Of a stretch of 64,000 bases of DNA, positions 9,139-17,450 are shown in pieces. The notes below the pieces were generated by a model. It did no database searches. It saw only the letters and a program-made list of their open reading frames with translations, and was not told the origin of the DNA. The translations under genes and the position numbers were made by a program. The stretch spans positions 2,336,001 through 2,400,000 of the forward strand of contig OY776215.1 in NCBI GenBank assembly GCA_963675495.1. The letters are read 5' to 3'. Origin of the DNA: an uncultured Methanolobus sp. Its GTDB lineage: Archaea; Halobacteriota; Methanosarcinia; Methanosarcinales; Methanosarcinaceae. How positions within the stretch are numbered: position 1 is the first letter of the stretch; each line of letters starts with the position of its first letter.

Positions 9139-10640
9139 GACTCGCACCTGAAATTAAATCAAAGATAGATCTTCTCTGGGATAGGTTCTGGAGTGGTGGT
9201 CTGTCAAATCCTTTACAGTCCATAGAGCAGATGTCTTACATCATATTCATGAAAAGGCTTGAGGATATGGATGTTATGGAGCAGAGGCGTGCTAATTCTA
9301 TGGGGAAGGAGTATAAGTCCATCTTTGAAGGCAACGAAGAGTGCAGGTGGTCTGTATGGAAGCACAAGTCCGCTGAGGATATGCTAAAGCATGTAAGGGA
9401 TGTTGTTTTTCCTTTCATAAAGAATATTCATGACGGAGAGAAGACACTATTCTCACAGCACATGAAAGATGCTGTATTCATGATCCCAAAGCCTACGCTT
9501 TTGCAGGAAGCTGTGAGCATCATCGATGAACTCAATATAGCTGCTCAATCAACAGATGTACAGGGAGATCTTTACGAATACCTGTTAAGCCAGCTAGCTA
9601 CAGCAGGCAAGAACGGACAATTCAGAACTCCAAGGCACATAATCAGAATGATGGTGGAGCTTGTTGATCCCGATATCAATGACAGGATTTGTGATCCTGC
9701 ATGTGGTACAGGTGGTTTCCTGTTCACAGCTCACAAACATATTCTCAGAAAATACACCTCTCCTGATTTGATCGAGCAGGATAAAGAAGGTGACTATCAC
9801 AATCTGATAGGCGACAATATCACAGAACAAGAACACTGGGATAAACTTCATAATGACACATTCTATGGCTTTGACTTTGACTCAACAATGGTGAGGATCG
9901 GACTCATGAACATGGTGCTTCATGGTATCAAATATCCTCATATTGAGCTTGTAGATACCCTTTCAACTCTTTACACTGAAGAAGACCGCTATAATGTGAT
10001 CCTCGCAAATCCTCCATTCAAGGGCAGTATAGACAAAGACGATATCAACGATAAATTGAAGCTTGGAACTAAAAAGACCGAGTTGTTATTTGTTGAGAAC
10101 ATAATCCGCCTGCTTGAGATTGGTGGGAAATGTGGTGTCATTGTTCCTGATGGCGTACTCTTTGGAAGTTCCAACGCACACAAGAACCTGCGTAAGATGC
10201 TGCTTGAGGATTGCCAGCTTGAAGGTATTGTTTCCATGCCATCAGGTGTATTCAAGCCCTATGCAGGAGTGTCAACTGCTGTTATGATATTCACCAAGGG
10301 AGGAAACACGGAAAATGTCTGGTTCTACGACATGGAAGCAGACGGTTACTCTCTGGATGACAAGAGAACTCCAATTGATATGCGGGGCGATATCCCTGAC
10401 ATAATCGAGAGTTATAAGAACAGGAAAACAGGGAATCCTCAAGACCGGAAGGGTAAATGCTTCTATGTTCCATTTGATGAGATTAAAGATAATAACTATG
10501 ATCTTTCAATTTCTCGATATAAGGAAATCGAATATGAAGAGATTGAGTATGAGAAGCCAGAAGTCATTATTCAGAAGATTGATGAATTAGAGGATCAGAT
10601 TAAGGCTAATGTGGCTGAACTGAAAGAGATGTTGAAGTAG
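9135..10640 (+). CDS. hsdM: Type I R-M N6-adenine methyltransferase subunit
   Basis: GQFRTPRHI, DPACGTGGF, NPPF, VPDGVLFG; ATGA overlap with hsdS. Confidence 0.96.
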   Translation: MRLAPEIKSKIDLLWDRFWSGGLSNPLQSIEQMSYIIFMKRLEDMDVMEQRRANSMGKEYKSIFEGNEECRWSVWKHKSAEDMLKHVRDVVFPFIKNIHDGEKTLFSQHMKDAVFMIPKPTLLQEAVSIIDELNIAAQSTDVQGDLYEYLLSQLATAGKNGQFRTPRHIIRMMVELVDPDINDRICDPACGTGGFLFTAHKHILRKYTSPDLIEQDKEGDYHNLIGDNITEQEHWDKLHNDTFYGFDFDSTMVRIGLMNMVLHGIKYPHIELVDTLSTLYTEEDRYNVILANPPFKGSIDKDDINDKLKLGTKKTELLFVENIIRLLEIGGKCGVIVPDGVLFGSSNAHKNLRKMLLEDCQLEGIVSMPSGVFKPYAGVSTAVMIFTKGGNTENVWFYDMEADGYSLDDKRTPIDMRGDIPDIIESYKNRKTGNPQDRKGKCFYVPFDEIKDNNYDLSISRYKEIEYEEIEYEKPEVIIQKIDELEDQIKANVAELKEMLK

Positions 10641-10814
10641 GATGTATAATTCTGCTTTTTAATTTCAATACTTTTCTTTTGAGTTATTTTTTCTTTATTC
10701 TCATCTCAATAACAATGATATAAAAATATATCAAAAAGCATTATCATTAGCACATTAATCACTCCAAACACTCATAAAAGGAGTAAAGTAATAAGTATCC
10801 TTAGGATAGGGACT

Positions 10815-11135
10815 TTTTGGCGGTGCCGTCCTCGTTCCCTTCGCATTACTGCGGGCGGAGCACCGCCTTGCATTGGTATTTGACGCACTGTCGTCCTGTG
10901 CTCCGGTAGGTGCTCGGACCACAGCGCTCTAATAAAGGCTGGTGCACCGATGCTCACAAGCTCACATCCGTGCATGGTTGATGTTTTCAAAAAAGCGATG
11001 CTGTTTTAGTAGTACGTTCAAACGCCACTGAGGCTTAATGATGCGTTGGAAACGCAGGATGTAGTTGACGCTCATGCGCCACTTAGGCTGTTCTTGGGAT
11101 ACCCTCCGGGACGGGTGTGAGTAGGAGGAGCATCA
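10815..11135. other. GC-rich non-coding block with several stem-loops: candidate single-/double-strand replication origin or structured RNA
   Basis: Inverted repeats GGCGGTGC/GCACCGCC (10819-10867), 10896-10924, 10943-10974 and TGCGTT/AACGCA (11042-11056) within AT-rich flanks. Confidence 0.45.
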
Positions 11136-11159
11136 TGTAAAAAGAGTATAAATTTTTTA

Positions 11160-13856
11160 TTAGACGAGACCTAACATAGATCCTAATCCAACAATTTTTG
11201 CAATTTTATGTGTCCATTCCCAACTGCTTACTTTTTCAATATTATCCCCTACCTCTACTGCAGTATCAAATGCATTCTTGAATTTAGTAGCAATTCTGGA
11301 AACGTTTGGTTGATCTTTTTCAGATTCTTCAATTGCTGTGTTGATATTACCATTTACAACGCTTAATTCATTATCAGGGAGACCTAATTTAGCAATTTCA
11401 TTTTTAAATATCATTAGGTTTTCATGGAGTTCTTTTCTATCATTTATTGATATATTGGTACTTTTATCAATTGTAATAGAACTATTTTCCCCACTGATAA
11501 TAGCATTTCCTCCAATGTTATATTGATTTACAGGTTGATATGGATGATTTCCCGCCGTTTTTCTTTCTCTTTCATTTTCAACCCCATGTAGTAATTGTTT
11601 TACACTATAGTTCTTATTTAATTGCCACACAAAGTATTCATCTTTGCTAGCTTTTTCGAAAGCAACCAACTCTTTATAGTCAATAGTGATTATGGGATTG
11701 TCTGGTAACGGTACTAACTCTTTGACAGGCATATTCTCAAAACCCGCATTAATTTCTCTAAAAGATTTCCGTATAATCGAAAGATATTCTTTCTTTGATT
11801 CTCCGTCAACATAGATGTATATTTTTTTGTCTTCCTTGTCCACTTTTATGATAGACATAGAATTAATTGATTTATCTTCTAGTACTACTCCATTTCTCCA
11901 TTGGAGTCCTTTTTTAATGTCAGTATGATTTCTCACAATAAATCTTGGCATTATGGAATTAGGTAAAAAATTGTATTCAATAATAAATTTCAATGAGTTT
12001 GGATTATCTAATTTGAAATCAGGTTGTTGGATTTCCAATAGGTCAGGAATGAGTATGGTATTTTTATTAATAAAGTAACACAACTCAAATTTTTCCATTA
12101 GATCAATGATAAATTTATGTGTATTGCGTGGATATTGGTAATCAATTTCGTTTTTTTTCTTTAGAATTTCAGTTAATAACTTAGTTTTTAACATCCCTTT
12201 CTTGTTTTGTAACTTATCAGATGTTATGATTTTGTAAACTGCTTCTGTGACCCACTTTGGATTCAATACGTGAGTGTCCAGTAAATTGTCGTCAGAAAAG
12301 TGTAATACAACTCCTAAGTCGTTAAGAAAATCAACAAGTGTTTCTTGTGATTCTTCTTTTGTAATTCCTTCAGATTCACATATTTCTTCATACTTTTCAA
12401 ATTTTATGTAGTGATCCGTTGATTTCTCTAATTGTGTTTTTACTTTGAACCAACTTTTTGGCCAAACCGTTTTGAGATGGTCAATGCTTGTTAGTTGCTC
12501 AACCAAGTTTTCTTTGAAATCCTCGATACCTTTTCCGCTTTTACAAGATAATCGATAAAATCCTTTTATTGATGGATATTTTTCTTGTAAGAATTTTCTG
12601 TCTACTTCAAACATCGGGTTTTCATCTACTTTATTAAGAACAATTAATACAGGGGAATTTCCGCCAAAGCTTTGAACGTGTTTAAGCCAGTATTCCGTTT
12701 TTTCTTCTTTCCTTCCGTCTAAAACTAAAATATAAAGACTTCTTTTTGACAAAAAGAATTGATGGGTTGCATGCATTATTTCTTGGCCGCCAAAATCCCA
12801 AAAATTGACTTTTATTTCTTTTTTTCTCTCCTTTATGTCCCACTCATTAATTTTTATACCATGTGTTTGTAATTCATGTGGGTCAAATTCATTTTTGATG
12901 AGCCTTTTTGACAAAGAAGTTTTACCTGAGCCTCCATCCCCAATTAACAACACTTTTACTTCATTCAGCGCTTGTGTTTCTCCTTCCAGCGATTTAAAAT
13001 ATTCTTTGACTGCTTCTTTACCCTTTTTTATGATATCTATTGGAGGGGTTTCAATAGGGTTGCCTCTTACAAAAATTCCATAAGGTGTATATTCGTCGTC
13101 CAATAGTATTTCTAAATTTAGTTCTGTAATCGCTGGTGGTAGGGCTGTTAGCTGATTACCGGTCAGGTCAAGTGTAGTAAGGTTCTTTAGTTCTGCAATC
13201 GCCGGAGGCAGTGATGTGAACCAGTTACGGAACAGGTTAAGTTCAGTAAGGTTCCTTAGTTTCGTGATATTCGGCGGCAGGGCTGTGAGCCGGTTCTTGG
13301 ACAGGTAAAGTCTAGTAAGGTTCTTTAGTTCTGCGATCTCCGGTGGTAGTGATGTTAGCTGGTTGCTGGCTAGGTCAAGTGTAGTAAGGTTCTTTAGTTT
13401 TATGATTTCCGGTGGCAGTGATGTGACCCAGTTATGGAACAGGGTGAGTTCAGTAAGGTTCTTTAGTTCTGCGATCTCCGGTGGCAGTGATGTTAGCTGG
13501 TTGCTGGCCAAGTTAAGTTTAGTAATGTTCTTTAGTTTTATGATTTCAGACGGCAGTGATATGAACCAGTTATCGTCCAGGTTAAGTTCAGTAAGGTTCT
13601 TTAGTTCTGCAATCTCAGGTGGCAGGGCTGCAAGCCGGTTATCGGACAGGTTAAGTTTAGTAATGTTCTTTAGTTCTGCAATCTCAGGTGACAGGGCTGT
13701 GAGCCGGTTACTGGCCAGGTTAAGTTCAGTAAGGTTCTTTAGTTTTGCAATCTCCGGCGGCAGTGATGTTAGCTGGTTATCGGACAGGTCAAGTGAAAAG
13801 TTATTATTTCTAGCGGCTTCTTTGATAAGTTGCAAAACAGTTTCTTTCATACCCAC
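11160..13856 (-). CDS. Roco protein: LRR + Roc GTPase + COR + C-terminal helical domain
   Basis: 10 x 23-aa LRRs; GDGGSGKTS P-loop; THGI; WDFGGQE; NKVD; COR motifs LNDLGVVLHF and LNPKWVTEAVY. Confidence 0.93.
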   Translation of the reverse strand: MGMKETVLQLIKEAARNNNFSLDLSDNQLTSLPPEIAKLKNLTELNLASNRLTALSPEIAELKNITKLNLSDNRLAALPPEIAELKNLTELNLDDNWFISLPSEIIKLKNITKLNLASNQLTSLPPEIAELKNLTELTLFHNWVTSLPPEIIKLKNLTTLDLASNQLTSLPPEIAELKNLTRLYLSKNRLTALPPNITKLRNLTELNLFRNWFTSLPPAIAELKNLTTLDLTGNQLTALPPAITELNLEILLDDEYTPYGIFVRGNPIETPPIDIIKKGKEAVKEYFKSLEGETQALNEVKVLLIGDGGSGKTSLSKRLIKNEFDPHELQTHGIKINEWDIKERKKEIKVNFWDFGGQEIMHATHQFFLSKRSLYILVLDGRKEEKTEYWLKHVQSFGGNSPVLIVLNKVDENPMFEVDRKFLQEKYPSIKGFYRLSCKSGKGIEDFKENLVEQLTSIDHLKTVWPKSWFKVKTQLEKSTDHYIKFEKYEEICESEGITKEESQETLVDFLNDLGVVLHFSDDNLLDTHVLNPKWVTEAVYKIITSDKLQNKKGMLKTKLLTEILKKKNEIDYQYPRNTHKFIIDLMEKFELCYFINKNTILIPDLLEIQQPDFKLDNPNSLKFIIEYNFLPNSIMPRFIVRNHTDIKKGLQWRNGVVLEDKSINSMSIIKVDKEDKKIYIYVDGESKKEYLSIIRKSFREINAGFENMPVKELVPLPDNPIITIDYKELVAFEKASKDEYFVWQLNKNYSVKQLLHGVENERERKTAGNHPYQPVNQYNIGGNAIISGENSSITIDKSTNISINDRKELHENLMIFKNEIAKLGLPDNELSVVNGNINTAIEESEKDQPNVSRIATKFKNAFDTAVEVGDNIEKVSSWEWTHKIAKIVGLGSMLGLV
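13104..13793 (-). repeat. Ten 69-bp tandem repeats encoding the LRR array
   Basis: Recurring DNA units such as TTCTTTAGTTCTGC and GGCAGTGATGTTAGCTGGTT at 69-bp period. Confidence 0.9.
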
Positions 13857-14166
13857 ACGCCTATTTTCTTAATTTATATGATTGGGATTTAGCGACTCAA
13901 ATATCGAATAATTATAATTTATAATGTGACTAAACCTTCAAAGTCATTTCTATTTAAGCTTTTCATTTTTGTAGGGTTATGCCACTTTTAAGAACCACAT
14001 TTTGATTATTTGTATGGTTTTAAAATGAAGTATGGAGAGTAATAGTTACATTTCCTTAAACAAAAAAAGAGTGGAAGTCAGAACAGCAGTTGCTTCCTAG
14101 AACACTTTTGTTAGAAGTGGTTAAAATGTCGATGTATTCACAATTGAATTAGCCACCTCCTGAAAC

Positions 14167-16056
14167 TTACTTTGTTATGGGTAAATTCTCCCTTAGTTTC
14201 ACATAACCATTCATAATATCCTCTAAATTACCCCCGTGTTTTATCCTGTATCTTCCTCTTTTCATTCTCTCGAAGTCATTGGATTTGCTTACATTCTTAT
14301 CAAAGAATCTGTTACTCCATGGGTGGAAGAACTTTCGGGTCACAAATCCCTTTGTTCGAAGTTCGTTTACCAGATTGTTAAAGAAGGAAACATCCTTGAA
14401 AGATTCGTGCAGGTCTGTATATTTTAGGTATGCAACAAGATAATGCTTTTTATCTTCATCGTTTGGGTAGGAGCTCTTTTTTGTAAATTGGTGATAGCCA
14501 TGCTGGTATTTTTCTTTATCAAAGCCTGATGTCCTTCTGGTGAAATGGAAAAGAAGTTTTGCATACAGGTAGCGTTTCATCTGCTCAGGATCGGTGAAGA
14601 ACTGGGTGTGAATGGGTTTACGGCCTGTTCCAATATCGGCAAAGAGCTTTAGTTCCTTTCCCAGGACAATTTCATTTCTCAGGTTCTTCTTTGTCTTTTT
14701 GTACATTTTGTGTGAGAACCTTGCAGTATTGGGTTCTATGTCTGACATGTATTTTGTGACAAGCAGAGGGGTGGTGTCGTGCAGGCTGGAATCCATAATA
14801 CCACAGCAATGGTAGTTGTCCATCACTTCTTTTAGGTATTCAAGTGGGTCTAGTGGAAGTGCTGTGTTCCAGCAGATCTCTATCTGGCTGATGTTAAATT
14901 CCATAGGTGCTTTCCTGATCTCGTCCTGCTCAAAGCCTTCTCGTTCAAGCATTTTGCGGTATGCTTTTTTGGCTTTGTGTTTCAGTTCTTGGAAGGCTTG
15001 CTGTTCGTATTTATGATACTCTTTTTCATACCCTATTGGAATGAAGTTGTTCTCGTCCAGCAGTTCATTATTGAATGCTTCCTCTACTTCTGGAATGTCT
15101 TCCTTCATCTTTTTGTAGACTATCCTTTGCATATTCGCATAGATAAAAAGTGATACAGGAGCACCTTTTGGAGGATTGTTTCTAAAACGATAGGTTATTC
15201 CCTCCGTTTCCCATAGGTAGGAATCTTTGTAGGACTTGGGTATTGATGTCAGGCTATAGTCTGGAAGTATAGAACGATGTTTCATGAAATCATATTCTTC
15301 ATCCAGATTAGTAGGCAAAAATTGTTCAACATAATCTTCTATGTCTTCAATATCGTAGCCTTTATTGGATAGTTCTTGTTTATGGCGCATCAAACGCTCA
15401 ACAAGGACTTCCTTTTGGAACCTGGGGGCTGTAGTTTTTATGACCTTCTTAACGTCGCCTTTGAAAGTGAGGTAATCCTTGGAGTAAACCTGTAGGCTTA
15501 TCCTGTCGACCATCAATGTGGGGTATTCGATATGTTCTGAGTCCTGTTTGTAAAAGTCGTCCATCAGAAGAGTATCCCATTCAAGGTATTGATCTCTGAC
15601 AAACTCCCTTTTAAAGTTTGAGAATTTTGAATTTTCGTTCTTTAAGAATCTGTCAATCCGTATTCTATAACCATTTTCCCTATAGTAATCACATATCTTA
15701 TCGTTGAACTCACTTAATCTGTCAATGGATCCAGGATTGGAGTAATAGTGGTCAATGCTTTCTTTTTCAGTGAGTCCAAGATGCCTTCTTACGAGTTCAC
15801 AGAAAGGAGTAGGTCCATCTTTAAGGATATAGTCAAATAAACAGATGTCTTCTTGAAAGCGGTCAAAAAGGTCAATGTCATATTTGCTCTGTTTGTAATC
15901 TTTGATTGCTGATTCAATTGACCTCCAGAAAGAGGTTGGTAGTTCATAAGACTTAACATCAGCAATTGGGATCTTACTTTCATCTCTAAAAAGCTCATCA
16001 ATAATCTTTTTGTTTGCCTTCTTGTCAACTGTGAAGTTGGATGATGTGTTCATCAT
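14167..16056 (-). CDS. Putative replication initiator, Rep_trans-like rolling-circle type
   Basis: 629 aa; VDRISL, NISQIEICWN and KMYKK...LRNEI resemble the order of Rep_trans motifs (hD, ShhDhxhD, hYxK, RxE); backbone position in the element. Confidence 0.45.
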   Translation of the reverse strand: MMNTSSNFTVDKKANKKIIDELFRDESKIPIADVKSYELPTSFWRSIESAIKDYKQSKYDIDLFDRFQEDICLFDYILKDGPTPFCELVRRHLGLTEKESIDHYYSNPGSIDRLSEFNDKICDYYRENGYRIRIDRFLKNENSKFSNFKREFVRDQYLEWDTLLMDDFYKQDSEHIEYPTLMVDRISLQVYSKDYLTFKGDVKKVIKTTAPRFQKEVLVERLMRHKQELSNKGYDIEDIEDYVEQFLPTNLDEEYDFMKHRSILPDYSLTSIPKSYKDSYLWETEGITYRFRNNPPKGAPVSLFIYANMQRIVYKKMKEDIPEVEEAFNNELLDENNFIPIGYEKEYHKYEQQAFQELKHKAKKAYRKMLEREGFEQDEIRKAPMEFNISQIEICWNTALPLDPLEYLKEVMDNYHCCGIMDSSLHDTTPLLVTKYMSDIEPNTARFSHKMYKKTKKNLRNEIVLGKELKLFADIGTGRKPIHTQFFTDPEQMKRYLYAKLLFHFTRRTSGFDKEKYQHGYHQFTKKSSYPNDEDKKHYLVAYLKYTDLHESFKDVSFFNNLVNELRTKGFVTRKFFHPWSNRFFDKNVSKSNDFERMKRGRYRIKHGGNLEDIMNGYVKLRENLPITK

Positions 16057-16250
16057 ACCAACCCCCTTGATCTTTTGAGTTCCTCAAGGGTGATTTTTCC
16101 ACATCTAACAGGTTCCAGAAGTTCATCCAATTTTTCATTTGCCAGCTCATCTATCCTGAACATCATTTGGAAGGACTGTGGCATATGTTCAATGATCTGT
16201 TCGTCTACTTTTTCAAGAGAAGGTTTAATACCTGATACATTACTATTCAT
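16053..16250 (-). CDS. Small leader protein (65 aa) translationally coupled to the putative rep
   Basis: GAGGTG SD at 16263-16258, 7 nt before ATG 16250; its TGA overlaps the rep ATG (ATGA). Confidence 0.7.
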   Translation of the reverse strand: MNSNVSGIKPSLEKVDEQIIEHMPQSFQMMFRIDELANEKLDELLEPVRCGKITLEELKRSRGLV

Positions 16251-16254
16251 AAAT

Positions 16255-16338
16255 GTACACCTCAAGGTGTGCGCTTATGCATCGGTTCAAGATCTTGCAG
16301 GATTTGTCGGACCGGTGCACATTCTGCTTTTTTGTTTA
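16255..16338 (+). ncRNA. Candidate antisense (countertranscript) RNA against the rep-operon leader
   Basis: TTTAATA box at 16224-16230; long hairpin 16278-16319 with G-U pairs only on the + strand; T-tract at about 16329-16338; overlaps the leader-ORF SD. Confidence 0.4.
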
Positions 16339-16433
16339 ATTGTCTGTACTGTTTACTCGTTGTTGAGTTTCAGAGGGAATTGTTCCTCAGATACAAGAAT
16401 GGAGTACTGTTATAAATAGTGTCATAAGTGGTA

Positions 16434-16488
16434 GGCAATCGGTAACAAATCCCTACTAGTGGGCAATGGAAATCAAATCCCTACTAGT
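16434..16488. promoter_or_regulatory. 28-bp-period tandem repeat in a divergent promoter region (operator or iteron candidate)
   Basis: GGCAAT-N6-CAAATCCCTACTAGT twice (16434-16460, 16462-16488); 15-bp core identical. Confidence 0.6.
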
Positions 16489-16526
16489 TAGATGTCTTCA
16501 AATAGTTTGTATTAAAATCATCTAAT

Positions 16527-17450
16527 GTGATTAATATGGATTCAGATTATACCTCAGATGACTATGCTAAAGAATGTCTCCTTAATAGAACAGATGAAAA
16601 GATCATCATGTATCTCATTAGCAATAACAATGAGCCATCATATGCTGCAGAAATTGCGCGTGAGTTTGAAGCTGATAAGTCATGGTTAAAAGACAAATGT
16701 GAAAAGTTGAAAGATCAGGGTATTTTGTTATCAAAAGACAAATGTCCTAATCGATCTAGATATACGGAGCACTACTACTTGGGTGATATCGTAGATGTTT
16801 TAAATTATTTATATGAGCATCAATCTGAAAACACCCTGCTTGATCATGTCATGACAAAGGAATATTACAGGGGACAAATTGATCACTTGATATCCAATTT
16901 TGAAAATAAACGGGTATCTTCAGGCTACAAGGCCTTTTCAGCAAATGAAAAAGAAGCGATACAACTATGCCTTAAATATTCCAGCAAGGCTCTATATGTT
17001 GTACTGGGAATCTATGATTGTGAGAAACTTTCTGGATATCTTGCTTATGAATACAAAACTTTGGCCAACCACATAAAGGAAGGTCGGTTTATATCGGTGT
17101 CCGCAATAGCTGCCGCCATAGTCAAAACAAAGATAGTTGACGAGGATAAAAAAGTTCAACTATTGGATGAAATTCATGATACCGCTTTAAATTCTTTGAG
17201 TTCAAGAGTTGAGCATTTTGGGAATTTACTTGATAAAAGTAAAGTACCTATCTTGTTTGAACAATTCTTGTTGGATAATCCCTTGATAGAGTTTTTAACA
17301 GCAGAAGAAGACCGTGAACAGCTTAGATTGGATATTAAAAGAGTTAATTTCTTAGTTAGTGACATCATAGATCCATCACTAAATCCTATTTTAGCGAAAG
17401 ATGAAAAAGATAGGTATGCACATTTACCTTCCCTTAATCTGAAACGCTAA
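16527..17450 (+). CDS. Winged helix-turn-helix domain protein (putative element regulator)
   Basis: DEKIIMYL...SYAAEIAREFEADKSWLKDKCEKLKDQGIL wHTH pattern; divergent from rep. Confidence 0.7.
   Translation: MINMDSDYTSDDYAKECLLNRTDEKIIMYLISNNNEPSYAAEIAREFEADKSWLKDKCEKLKDQGILLSKDKCPNRSRYTEHYYLGDIVDVLNYLYEHQSENTLLDHVMTKEYYRGQIDHLISNFENKRVSSGYKAFSANEKEAIQLCLKYSSKALYVVLGIYDCEKLSGYLAYEYKTLANHIKEGRFISVSAIAAAIVKTKIVDEDKKVQLLDEIHDTALNSLSSRVEHFGNLLDKSKVPILFEQFLLDNPLIEFLTAEEDREQLRLDIKRVNFLVSDIIDPSLNPILAKDEKDRYAHLPSLNLKR

Noticed and set aside
10638-10649. Pyrrolysine read-through of the hsdM TAG stop
   Set aside because: A TAA follows two codons later and the protein is already complete; no methylamine methyltransferase or pyl genes are in the window.
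10772-10990. 72-aa ORF in the GC-rich block
   Set aside because: TTG start, no SD, atypical composition; better explained as structured non-coding DNA.
13104-13793. LRR repeats as a CRISPR array or DGR target
   Set aside because: They are in-frame 69-bp coding repeats without unique spacers; there is no reverse transcriptase or adenine-specific TR/VR pair in the window.
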